Shown in pieces: positions 56,023 through 64,000 of a stretch of DNA of 64,000 bases. The notes below the pieces were generated by a model that saw nothing but the letters and a program-made list of their open reading frames with translations, had not been told where the DNA came from and did not search any database. Location: the IMG/VR virus record IMGVR_UViG_3300028800_000061, positions 95,824 to 159,823 of that record. One strand, given 5' to 3'. The first letter of the stretch is position 1, and each line of letters opens with the position of its first letter. Both the position numbers and the translations under genes were made by a program. Source of the stretch: a virus.

Positions 56023-56280
56023 TTACTGGCCTCTGTTGTCAGGTGGGCGTCGCCCGGCCCGTTCACCAGGTCGCCCGTGATTTTGCGCGCGGCGGCGGCA
56101 GCATCTGCGTGCTGCTTCTTTGATCTGCTTCCATCGCCACTCGCGCCATGCTTCGCGGTTGCGTATCGCCTGCGGCGTGAACAGCCGGGTGACAATGCGG
56201 GTTATGAGCAGGTACCAGAAACCGAATGCGGCAGCCAGGACAAGGATTGCAACCGGATCGGATATCACGGTGATCCCCAC
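56023..56280 (-). CDS. small membrane protein
   Basis: Hydrophobic helix PVAILVLAAAFGFWYLLI; start uncertain. Confidence 0.4.
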   Translation of the reverse strand: MGITVISDPVAILVLAAAFGFWYLLITRIVTRLFTPQAIRNREAWREWRWKQIKEAARRCCRRRAQNHGRPGERAGRRPPDNRGQ

Positions 56281-56425
56281 CCGGGCGTAAGCCCGACCCC
56301 CCGGAAGGCTGCCCGGGCGGGGATCACCTTTGCTCCGCGCGCACCCCATGGAAAGGATGGGGGGCGGAGCCAGCGCGGCAGATGAGGTGCATTCACCTGC
56401 TGCGCACACTTTACAAGTGCCCGGG

Positions 56426-56629
56426 TCACCAGCCTGCTTGCTCACGTGTGAGCATGCGGTGTTTCCCGGACGGCAGGAGCACCATCACTTTAGCGGGTGC
56501 CTGCGGCGATTTAGGGCCAGCCGGGCCGCGTTTCGCGGAGCGGATACCACCGGAGTTGTTGTGGCCGCTTTTCTGCTTCTTCGCTGAGGGGGTTACGTAC
56601 TTACGCCGAAGCTGGATCTCTTGAGCCAT
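56426..56629 (-). CDS. small basic hypothetical protein
   Basis: Operon packing, Lys/Arg-rich. Confidence 0.45.
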   Translation of the reverse strand: MAQEIQLRRKYVTPSAKKQKSGHNNSGGIRSAKRGPAGPKSPQAPAKVMVLLPSGKHRMLTREQAGW

Positions 56630-56630
56630 G

Positions 56631-56897
56631 TCACAGTTGCCCTACCGGATCGTATTTCGCTTTCAGCACAGCATCCGAGCAGGGATAGAACTCGCCGCGG
56701 ACACCTTTGATCACCCAGTGGCCGGGTGGGATCGGGATCCATGCACGTTCTTCTGTGTTTCGCAGCAGGACACTGCCTGACCTGTCGATTTTCAGATTGC
56801 CCGGGCCGGTGAAATCCAGTATCTCGCTCAGGTTCCTGCCATCCCAGCGTGCTGCGGTGATCTCAACTTCACGGGACCGGAAACAGTGCACAGGCAA
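56631..56897 (-). CDS. conserved small phage protein
   Basis: ITAARWDGRN...PGHWVIKGVRGEFYPC...KY motif. Confidence 0.75.
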   Translation of the reverse strand: MPVHCFRSREVEITAARWDGRNLSEILDFTGPGNLKIDRSGSVLLRNTEERAWIPIPPGHWVIKGVRGEFYPCSDAVLKAKYDPVGQL

Positions 56898-56927
56898 CGG
56901 CGATGTTCACCGCCTTCGGGTACGAGG

Positions 56928-56960
56928 TGGCCCCCGGCGAGTAGCCATCGCCGGGGGCCA
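56928..56960. terminator. hairpin closing the structured RNA region
   Basis: TGGCCCCCGGCGA-7nt-TCGCCGGGGGCCA perfect 13-bp stem. Confidence 0.7.
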
Positions 56961-57009
56961 GTAAGAGGATTCAGTTCCTCGTTGCGTGTATGAAACGCGA
57001 CATGGGTTG

Positions 57010-57145
57010 GGGCCAGCGGCGTTTAAAGCGCGGGTCAGGTTCTCGTCAGATGCTCTGCCTATTGAGCTACCGGGGCACGGGCGCCCCGGGCCGGGCTCGA
57101 ACCGGCAACCTTCTTATGCTTGCCTGCGCTTGGTTGATCCAGCCC
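57010..57145 (-). ncRNA. circularly permuted tRNA-like (YrlA-type) RNA domain 2
   Basis: T arm GCCGG-TTCGAGC-CCGGC, acceptor CCGGGGC-loop-GCCCCGG, TA, D arm GCTC-AATAGGCA-GAGC; enclosed by AAGCGC/GCGCTT and CAGG/CCTG stems. Confidence 0.75.
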
Positions 57146-57153
57146 AGTTTAAG

Positions 57154-57311
57154 AGTGAGCTTCGAGCGAGAATCTGAAGTTGGGTCGCGTCCGGGTTGCC
57201 TCTACCAGTTGGGCTACACGGGCCCGTTTGTGCCCGCAGAAGGAATCGAACCTTCACTGTGACCCTGGCCGCTTGATGAGATTGAATGTCAGATCTCAGC
57301 TTGCGCTCACT
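57154..57311 (-). ncRNA. circularly permuted tRNA-like (YrlA-type) RNA domain 1
   Basis: T arm GAAGG-TTCGATT-CCTTC, acceptor TGCGGGC-loop-GCCCGTG, TA, D arm GCC..CTGGTA..GGC; enclosed by AGTGAGC/GCTCACT, TCTGA/TCAGA and GGGTC/GACCC stems. Confidence 0.75.
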
Positions 57312-57318
57312 GCTTATG

Positions 57319-58050
57319 TTACCGGAACAGCCACCCGAGGAACGCGTTTCCCACTTCAATGTCGCGGACTTCCATCGAGTTCGCTTCTTCACGTGCTTGC
57401 TTCACCGCGATTTGCAGACGGTCCACCCGGTCTAGTAGTTCCGCGATACGGGCTGGTGGCAGCGCACCTGAGTAATTGATGCGCGCCCATGACCCGACAG
57501 TGACATCTTCGAAGTACACGTCAACTTGCGCCGGGTGCTTGTCGGTGGCTGCGGCCTTGACGTGGTTGCGGGGGACTTTCTTCGTCCGGTGCGTGATAGC
57601 CGGGGCGGTGCGCCACCATCCGGTCGTCTGATCCATCTCCCACTGCTGGGACTGGTCGTGCGCGGGCAGTTTCGTGATGACCGCTCGCAAATCGGAGAGC
57701 TGCTTCTCAAGGAACAGCAGGAAAGTCGGCGGGGCCTGGCGGACGAGAAGCTCACCGTCGATGATCACATCGGCGCGGGCTTCGCAGTTCGCGTAGTCCT
57801 TGGTCGCTTGCACATCGAACAGCCGGGTCAGCGACCGGATGATGTCCTTGATGACATCCTCGATTTTGAGCTGCACCCTGGTGGACTCGGGGGGCAGCTC
57901 CTCGCCTTCCTCGTCGCGGGGAAGGTATGTGCGGGTCAGCCCTGTGACCATGCCGTCTTTCTGGATCTGCTTGTACAGGCCGGTCAGGTGCGCGTAGGTC
58001 TTGTTTTTGACGCCCGTGTCGACGGCGACGATCTGGCATAGCTTGGTCAC
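57319..58050 (-). CDS. conserved coiled-coil protein of unknown function
   Basis: KL.QIVAV..GVK, LTRTY.PRDEEGE.LPPE...VQ, ATKD.AN..A.AD, ATDKHPAQV, AVK.ARE.AN; recalled as a family found in actinobacteria and phages (needs HMM confirmation). Confidence 0.8.
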   Translation of the reverse strand: MTKLCQIVAVDTGVKNKTYAHLTGLYKQIQKDGMVTGLTRTYLPRDEEGEELPPESTRVQLKIEDVIKDIIRSLTRLFDVQATKDYANCEARADVIIDGELLVRQAPPTFLLFLEKQLSDLRAVITKLPAHDQSQQWEMDQTTGWWRTAPAITHRTKKVPRNHVKAAATDKHPAQVDVYFEDVTVGSWARINYSGALPPARIAELLDRVDRLQIAVKQAREEANSMEVRDIEVGNAFLGWLFR

Positions 58051-58144
58051 TGCGTTCCCCCTGCATCTAGCTCAGGGGCGTGAGATTAGCAGCGACAGGG
58101 AGGGGAATCTCAGCTTATTTCCGTGACCATCGGAGATCTGGTGT

Positions 58145-58450
58145 TCATGTCCGCTTCGCTGGCCAGTTCTGCCGGCTGGCACGCCGGCGGATCGATGGCT
58201 TCACCGCGGCATGGCTGACGCTGCGGCGCATGTCCCGCCACGGGATCCAGTCCTCGCACGGGCACTCAACAGGCCCCCACCCGCCTTGCACGCACCCGCA
58301 TTCGGGGCACAGGAGCTCACCGCAGTTGCCGTACTCGCATTCGCCGAGAGTCCACCAGCTCGCATAGTCCGGGCCGGTGACATCCTTGCCCAGGAACTCG
58401 ATGTACTCGGTTTTGATGGCCGGCGGCCGGTGGGTACAGCCTCGCCTCAC
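58145..58450 (-). CDS. Cys-rich hypothetical protein
   Basis: Multiple Cys motifs; GTGA overlap. Confidence 0.45.
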   Translation of the reverse strand: MRRGCTHRPPAIKTEYIEFLGKDVTGPDYASWWTLGECEYGNCGELLCPECGCVQGGWGPVECPCEDWIPWRDMRRSVSHAAVKPSIRRRASRQNWPAKRT

Positions 58451-58707
58451 CAGCAGTGCCCTTTCTCGGTGCTGCGGGTGTGCGCCGGATCAGGTTGCTG
58501 GCCGGCGGCCAGCTCCACGTTGGCGGCACGGCGAACCCGTTTCCACACCCGCCGCGAGCGCATCCACCGCCGCGAGAACGGGGAGAGACCGGGCGTGCGC
58601 CGGTCAGTTCTGGACATAGGCCCGGCCAGCCGGCCGCATGCTGGGACGCTCAGGCGGTACTGTGTCCGGCTGCGGTGACGGTGGGACAGCGGGCAGGAAC
58701 CGGTCAA
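58447..58707 (-). CDS. hypothetical basic protein
   Basis: Fills operon gap; start uncertain. Confidence 0.35.
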   Translation of the reverse strand: MTGSCPLSHRHRSRTQYRLSVPACGRLAGPMSRTDRRTPGLSPFSRRWMRSRRVWKRVRRAANVELAAGQQPDPAHTRSTEKGHCW

Positions 58708-58794
58708 CGGGGAGCCACCCGAGCATTGCGGCAGCTTCCGTTATCTGCCAGGTGGTTACTGGCGTATCAGGCCACATCGTCACGGGCGGTGATT

Positions 58795-59559
58795 TTAGGC
58801 CGCCGGCTGCTGGTTCGGCAGCAAGACCGGGTCAGGCTGGGCGTCTCGGGCGCACTGTCCGGTTGCTGCCTGGCTGGCCGTTATACGGGCGAGCGCTTCC
58901 CGCCACCAGCCGCCCAGCCCGGGAACTGATTCAGGTCTCGGCACCCCAGGGTGCGGCCAGAACTCGGTTTCCACACCGCATGCCATGATCCGGAAATCGC
59001 AGGCGAAAATCTCTGTTGCAGCAGTGTGCCACCGACCGCCGGTCCCGTGCACGTTCGTGTCCTCGGGCAGGCCGCGGCGGCGCATGTAATCCTCGATGGT
59101 GTCCAGGTCATGCAAGTACCGGGTCCGGGCTGCGTAGTTGAGCATCCACTCGATGTGATGCCCGTACTCGTGCGCTACAAGGTACCGGGTCATCGCCGGA
59201 TGCGGCGGGATCCGCTTCCCGCACAGCATGATCACACCCAGCGGCGGGTCTTTCACCCACGACTGGAGCGGGCCGTCTCCCTCGTAGTGACCGGAATCGT
59301 GGACGTTCGCGAATCCGTTGGTCCGGCCGGCCGGCTCACGGTCGGCGGCGATCATCCCGATCTCCCATGAGGGCGGGCAGACGCCAACGACCACATCTAC
59401 AGCGGCGGCGATCGCATCGAGGTCGTGCGGGTACGCGGGGAACGGATCGAAGGTGGAGGACACGGTGTACCGGTGATGCGACCACGATGGTGCACCACGG
59501 TTGAAATCCCAGTTGGCTTCGGCCAGCACGTTAAGCGGCTGGATGGTGATCTGCGGCAT
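58795..59559 (-). CDS. zincin-like metallopeptidase
   Basis: YLVAHEYGH motif plus downstream EIFACDF glutamate. Confidence 0.7.
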   Translation of the reverse strand: MPQITIQPLNVLAEANWDFNRGAPSWSHHRYTVSSTFDPFPAYPHDLDAIAAAVDVVVGVCPPSWEIGMIAADREPAGRTNGFANVHDSGHYEGDGPLQSWVKDPPLGVIMLCGKRIPPHPAMTRYLVAHEYGHHIEWMLNYAARTRYLHDLDTIEDYMRRRGLPEDTNVHGTGGRWHTAATEIFACDFRIMACGVETEFWPHPGVPRPESVPGLGGWWREALARITASQAATGQCARDAQPDPVLLPNQQPAA

Positions 59560-59678
59560 CAGGAAGGACCAGTTACCCATCGGATCGTCGGTGCGAGGGC
59601 GGTCCATCGCACGGTGGGTGCGCCGGCTGCCCACCGGGTCACCGGCGCCGAGGCGGCGAACGTGGCGGCCGGGCTCAT
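59559..59678 (-). CDS. 39-aa peptide with three APxxRW repeats
   Basis: MSPAATFAASAPVTRWAAGAPTVRWTALAPTIRWVTGPS; ATGA and TGATG overlaps with both neighbours. Confidence 0.55.
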   Translation of the reverse strand: MSPAATFAASAPVTRWAAGAPTVRWTALAPTIRWVTGPS

Positions 59679-59896
59679 GCTGTGCGGGCGAGGATGATGC
59701 GCCGGGCCCGCTCGCGGGTCGCAACCTCAGCCAGGGCCACCGCACGAGGTTCGAACAAGCTCCGGCCTTGCTCGTCAAGACCGGCTTTGGGAAGTTTCCC
59801 CCGGGCAACCCATTGCCGGATTGTGCCCGGTTTGACTTTCGCCAGGGCCGCAGCCTGATCGGTGGTGATAAGCCCATCGGCGCGGGTGATCCGCAA
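59675..59896 (-). CDS. MerR-like HTH DNA-binding protein
   Basis: LITTDQAAALAKVKPGTIRQWVARGKL. Confidence 0.8.
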   Translation of the reverse strand: MRITRADGLITTDQAAALAKVKPGTIRQWVARGKLPKAGLDEQGRSLFEPRAVALAEVATRERARRIILARTA

Positions 59897-59919
59897 TGCC
59901 GTCACCCCCGGGGGAACGC

Positions 59920-59953
59920 AAAAAAGCCCCGAACCGGTGGGGGTCCGAGGCTT
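59920..59953 (-). terminator. intrinsic terminator
   Basis: AAGCCTCGGAC..GTTCGGGGCTTTTTT. Confidence 0.7.
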
Positions 59954-60037
59954 CGCTTGTTCGATCGCAGGCACACCTGTACTACTGGCACTTACGTTAC
60001 ACGTCACATACCCCCGGCCGCAAGGCGGACGTAAAGG

Positions 60038-60910
60038 TCAAGATGCCTCAAGAAGGACCGCTGTTGTCTGCGCTGCAACCCACTTCGAGTACCGGATGGT
60101 GTGAGTGCGGTACTCGTCCGGGGTGAGGATGTCACCACAGTTAGTGCACACCGATTTGTATTCCGGCTCGGGTGCCGCTTCAAGGCCGAGCGCGTCGCAG
60201 CGGCGGCATGGGATTCCGTCGAGCCGTTCCGGCGGCGGAAGCGTCTCGCCGAGCAGTGCGCGGGCGGTGTGATGCAGCCGGAGGATCTCCTGCCCGGCGC
60301 ACGCCCCGTCCAACGGCAACCGCACCTCGGCGTACCCGGCCTGGGCATGCACCACACCGTCGCTTTTAACCAGCAGCTTGGCGGCCGCGGGCAGCGACAG
60401 GTTGCGGGTCATCCTGGCCGTCGGCAAGGTGAGCAGCTTATCCATCCGGCCGGTGAGCAACCGCACCGCCGAGGACAACGCCCGCTCGTGCCGCCGGTAC
60501 CTGGCCAACTCCGGGTTCAATGATGTGCCCGCAGCTGCGGCGACCCGGATCTCCCACGAGCTCATGATCGCCACCATGTCCCGCAGCAGCGCATCAAAGT
60601 CGAGGCGGGGCGGCACGGGTGGGGTGCGGGAGCCGGACACCTTGTCATCCCATGATGGGGGTTTATCGCCGAGGCGGACCCACAGGCGGACGTACTGCTC
60701 GGGTAGCCGTCCGAGCGCGCGGGAGATTTTCAGCCTGCAACGGCGGCAGTACGGCTCGCCCCGGACAGCCCACCCTGCGAGCATCGGCCCATCCTCACCA
60801 GGGCTGGCGCCGGCGCACCGTTCACCGCGGGCACAGCGACGCCCGGCCGGTGATGGGCCGGGCGTGACTGGGACGATATCGGTTGGTGCAGAGTGAATCC
60901 AGTACGGCAC
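60038..60910 (-). CDS. conserved actinophage Zn-binding protein (putative regulator)
   Basis: CARGERC, YCRRC, VSGSRTPPVP, PCRRC...CTNCG; precedes the HTH gene as in many actinobacterial prophages. Confidence 0.65.
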   Translation of the reverse strand: MPYWIHSAPTDIVPVTPGPSPAGRRCARGERCAGASPGEDGPMLAGWAVRGEPYCRRCRLKISRALGRLPEQYVRLWVRLGDKPPSWDDKVSGSRTPPVPPRLDFDALLRDMVAIMSSWEIRVAAAAGTSLNPELARYRRHERALSSAVRLLTGRMDKLLTLPTARMTRNLSLPAAAKLLVKSDGVVHAQAGYAEVRLPLDGACAGQEILRLHHTARALLGETLPPPERLDGIPCRRCDALGLEAAPEPEYKSVCTNCGDILTPDEYRTHTIRYSKWVAAQTTAVLLEAS

Positions 60911-60957
60911 AGATCCCCCGATCCCCGGCGCGAACCCCGGGGATCATTATGCCGTTG

Positions 60958-61335
60958 CTAGCTGGCCAGCCTGTCCGGCTTCCGCACGGGAGCAGGCATG
61001 TTCACGTACTTGATGATGATCCGCGCCGCAGCGAGAATGTCTCTGGCGTGAACCATCGCCTTTGCGGTCCGGCAGACCATCGCCACGGCCAGCCGCCGCT
61101 GATACCCCTCGGTCTCGTCCTCGACATCCTGGAAGTACTCGAAGAACCTGTCCGCCAAGTCCTCCAGGCGGCGCTGGTGAGACTCCATCTCACGCAAGGT
61201 GAACCCGATGCCCAGCACCCGGCGGGCGCACTCCAGCGCGACCAGACGGTTCTCGAACACCGGTCCGCAAGGTGACTGCTCAGTCAGATCCAGGCCGGGC
61301 AGGCCTTCCCAATAGCGGAACGCCCCATCGTTCAT
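60958..61335 (-). CDS. hypothetical protein
   Basis: GGAGGGG RBS; helical. Confidence 0.5.
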   Translation of the reverse strand: MNDGAFRYWEGLPGLDLTEQSPCGPVFENRLVALECARRVLGIGFTLREMESHQRRLEDLADRFFEYFQDVEDETEGYQRRLAVAMVCRTAKAMVHARDILAAARIIIKYVNMPAPVRKPDRLAS

Positions 61336-61509
61336 GGTTGCGTCCACCCCCTCCGCAGGTTTAGTCAGTCGGCCCGGCAATCGTACAGCGGCCATTAGAA
61401 AATGTCTCCATTCCAGTTGTGATCGTGCCCGCGACCTGCGATGCACTCTCCTGCGATCCGTTTAGCTTTCTGTGTCGCTTGTGCAGGATGTGGCGCGTGC
61501 CCGGTTAGG

Positions 61510-62334
61510 TTAGGTATTTCCCTGTTGACCATTCCAGGCGCTGAGGATCTGGTCGGCTGCCCGGCGGCGGGCGACAGCGCGCGCGGCCCCCTTGGCCAGG
61601 CACTGCGGGGTGGCCAGCTCGGCCAGCGCGCCGACATCGAACACACCGGTTCCGGGTGGGACCGGTGCTGCGGAGAGAAACTCCCGGCCGTCGAGGATCA
61701 GCTTGAAGTAACCCAGGTCCGGGGCGGCAGTCAGCTTCCGCTTTCCGGCAGCCAGGTCCTCGTCGAGGCACCGCCACAGCCCGCCGTCCACTCCTCGCCA
61801 CAGTTCACGCACAGCCTGGTACGGCGTGGCGTACTGCTTGTCTAGGCGTCCGTCCAGGGTGAACATCCCAAGCCTGAAACGATCATCGTGCACTGCGGCT
61901 GTGCTGCACGTTTCGCTGTAGGCAATGCCGGTGACCTCCCCGTTCCGGAGGACGCACCCGTAGACAGACTCGGGCGGCGGCATCGGAATCGCCCGCTGGA
62001 TCTGCTTCAGGGTGTCCGCTGTGATGGTCCGGCGGCCGCCGCGGAGTCCGTCCCAGATCACATCAGGCTGATCTGGGCTCACTGTGTACCAGGCACCGGT
62101 CTTGAGCCAGTCACCGGAAATGCGGCCGTCGATCGCCTGGATGGTGATCGACCTGTCCTCGCCGCGGATGATCCGGGCGCTGATCCCCTCGCCGATCAGA
62201 TGCTTCTCCACTGCCCCGGACTGGGAGCCGTTGTCGACGGTGAAGGTGGAGTTGGTTTCCGGGCGCTCCTGCAGCTTGGCTACAAGCGCAATGAGCAGAT
62301 CACATTCCATGGCGGGTCTCCTGGTCTTCTTCAT
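61510..62334 (-). CDS. hypothetical protein
   Basis: Long ORF in a co-oriented operon; AGGAG before internal Met. Confidence 0.6.
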   Translation of the reverse strand: MKKTRRPAMECDLLIALVAKLQERPETNSTFTVDNGSQSGAVEKHLIGEGISARIIRGEDRSITIQAIDGRISGDWLKTGAWYTVSPDQPDVIWDGLRGGRRTITADTLKQIQRAIPMPPPESVYGCVLRNGEVTGIAYSETCSTAAVHDDRFRLGMFTLDGRLDKQYATPYQAVRELWRGVDGGLWRCLDEDLAAGKRKLTAAPDLGYFKLILDGREFLSAAPVPPGTGVFDVGALAELATPQCLAKGAARAVARRRAADQILSAWNGQQGNT

Positions 62335-62656
62335 CGTTGAACGGCCGGCTGAGCTGGATACGGACGAGGAACAGCACGCCCGCAGTGGCGGTGATCGCGC
62401 AGATCGCCATCAGTGGTGTCTTGCCGAGCAACCCTCTGGCGATCAGGGCGAAGATCACCAGGAGTGCGGCGGCGAACGCGACGTTGGCGGTGGCTTGCCA
62501 GTGATCGGCTCGTCGCTGGGTGGACGCCGTGACACCGAGGATGACCACCCAGCGGGGGCGGGCGGCGGCGACTAGCTGATCTGCCCCCGTACGTGGCGCT
62601 GCCGCCGCTGGCGTCGGTGGCAGCGGCGGCGCCTGATCCAGGTCGGGTGCGGTCAT
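62300..62656 (-). CDS. two-TM membrane protein
   Basis: Two hydrophobic helices; ATGA overlap. Confidence 0.6.
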   Translation of the reverse strand: MTAPDLDQAPPLPPTPAAAAPRTGADQLVAAARPRWVVILGVTASTQRRADHWQATANVAFAAALLVIFALIARGLLGKTPLMAICAITATAGVLFLVRIQLSRPFNDEEDQETRHGM

Positions 62657-62961
62657 GACGGTGGGATCACCGTGCCGGCCAGAGTTGTGCTCAACCCACG
62701 GTGCACGCCGACGACACCGCCAGTGTCATCGATGATTAGCACCTCCGGCATTTGGTGCAGGAACGGGCGGATCTCGGCACGGACCGCGGTCCAGATCGCC
62801 CGCAGCTTCCCTACGCGATCGGGAGAGGGCTCGGTGTCCCAGTCCACTTGCACATCAGCCGGATCGGCTGCGATCACTTTCTCCGGGCCGACACCCAGCA
62901 TGGCCATTGCGGTTTCCACTGTGAGGATCGCCCACACGGTTGGTTGCTGATCAGATTCCAT
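62653..62961 (-). CDS. hypothetical protein
   Basis: GGAAGGA RBS. Confidence 0.55.
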   Translation of the reverse strand: MESDQQPTVWAILTVETAMAMLGVGPEKVIAADPADVQVDWDTEPSPDRVGKLRAIWTAVRAEIRPFLHQMPEVLIIDDTGGVVGVHRGLSTTLAGTVIPPS

Positions 62962-62979
62962 GTGCCTGGTTCCTTCCGG

Positions 62980-64000
62980 TTACGCGGCGGTGTTCCGGCC
63001 GCCGGCTACTGAGCGCGCCAGCGCCCGCTCGACATCTCCCAAACTCAGCCCGCTGCCGTCCGGCCGGCGGGCGTTGCACATCAGGTCGTACATGTCTGAG
63101 GTGGGCTGCTTGGCCAGCGCCGCCTGAACTGCTGCCACATCCTCATCCGCGCGGGCGGCCATCTCCGGGTCGGCATCAGCGGGGCTGCGGGTCAGCACGG
63201 CGGTCGCTGTGCCTGCCACCGCCGCCGCTTCCTGGCTGATGACAGGCATCCGGCCGTTCCACTCGGTGATCACCTGCTGGTGAACGAGCCCGAACTTCTT
63301 CATCGCCGCAGCGACCGGGGGGTCATACAAGATTGGGGTCTGGCTGATCACTCCTGCGACATGGCGGATGTCAAACCCCGTCTCGCCTTGCTCCAGGTTC
63401 TCCGGCGCCCACTTGGTGAACCACTTCGCGGATGGCCTGTTATCGACACCCTTGATGTAGCCGCCGCCCTGCTCCGTGGTCGGGATCTTCGTGGAGTCAC
63501 CTGTGACGCCGAACATGCTGCCGGTCAGCGAATCGGTGCGGAACGCCAGGGCCTGGAGGGAGATCAGCATTTCGCGGATTTCCCGCAAGCCCATCTGCGA
63601 CAAGTCACCGATCTGGGATGCGAGCAGCAGATGGAGTCCGAGTTTGCGGAATGTGGTGGCTGCGATCGCCAGGCAGGCGACAGCTTCCTCCCGCAAGTTC
63701 TTGTCCCGGCATGCGACCATCAGCGGGATCTCATCGATGTCGACCACGATCAGCGGCCGGCCGGGCGCCGGGTCAAACCAGCCTTTGCCCGTGTTGGTGC
63801 GCCGCTGGCCGGTGACCGGATCTTGGTCGTACCAGATTTCCTCGGACATGTGCTCTGAGCGTGCCGCCGCCGCGGTGACCGCGAGCTGCAGCAGCTCAAC
63901 GACACCTTCCGGACCCCAGCCGAGCAGATCTGCACGGTCACGCCACACACTGAACGGCTGACGTTGCGGATCACCCATCCACACGTCGATCATCCGCTGC
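62980..64000 (-). CDS. FtsK/SpoIIIE-TraB-like ATPase, C-terminal part (5' end outside window)
   Basis: VWMGDPQ, Walker B LIVVDIDE, FRKLGLHLLLASQ arginine-finger/Q motif, GGGYI. Confidence 0.75.
   Translation of the reverse strand, partial: QRMIDVWMGDPQRQPFSVWRDRADLLGWGPEGVVELLQLAVTAAAARSEHMSEEIWYDQDPVTGQRRTNTGKGWFDPAPGRPLIVVDIDEIPLMVACRDKNLREEAVACLAIAATTFRKLGLHLLLASQIGDLSQMGLREIREMLISLQALAFRTDSLTGSMFGVTGDSTKIPTTEQGGGYIKGVDNRPSAKWFTKWAPENLEQGETGFDIRHVAGVISQTPILYDPPVAAAMKKFGLVHQQVITEWNGRMPVISQEAAAVAGTATAVLTRSPADADPEMAARADEDVAAVQAALAKQPTSDMYDLMCNARRPDGSGLSLGDVERALARSVAGGRNTAA

Noticed and set aside
57052-57255. Conventional or intron-containing tRNA gene
   Set aside because: T arms precede D arms in both units. 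Joining the unit-1 5' half (GCCCGTG) to the unit-2 3' half (CCGGGGC) gives two mismatches, whereas the permuted pairings are complete. No anticodon arm or CCA is present.
1-64000. Integrase, att sites, IS elements, lysis genes
   Set aside because: No recombinase, transposase or endolysin motifs recognised; they may lie outside the window.

Overview
A 64-kb high-GC segment of a long-tailed actinobacterial phage or prophage, possibly a phage-plasmid. No integrase, DNA polymerase or lysin is visible in the window. (1) 1-22.6 kb, minus strand, is a virion module: portal with a C-terminal ParB-like domain, Mu gpF-like head protein, prohead protease/scaffold, major capsid split by a 266-nt group I intron, neck proteins, tail tube, -1 frameshifted tail chaperones and tape measure. 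(2) 22.7-49.6 kb is a mosaic of small accessory operons, most preceded by a sigma70-like promoter and a shared TTGTCY-N9-NGACAA palindrome (12 copies, some degenerate). It also holds the displaced terS/terL pair, a UvrD helicase, a GIY-YIG nuclease, a tandem-HTH protein and unusual non-coding tracts (phased GATC pairs, a TCATGATTAGA motif). (3) 49.8-56 kb is a putative DNA-modification cluster: 2 ParB-N proteins, 3 PAPS-reductase-like PP-loop proteins, an Ntn glutamine amidotransferase and a cupin. (4) 57-58 kb is a coiled-coil gene followed by two circularly permuted tRNA-like (YrlA-type) RNA domains, with no Ro60 gene in view. (5) 58-64 kb holds a zinc peptidase, an HTH protein and the C-terminal part of an FtsK/TraB-like ATPase. 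The best leads are the permuted-tRNA RNA pair, the modification cluster, a predicted portal-gpF programmed frameshift and the capsid intron. All calls come from reading motifs by eye; no searches were run.
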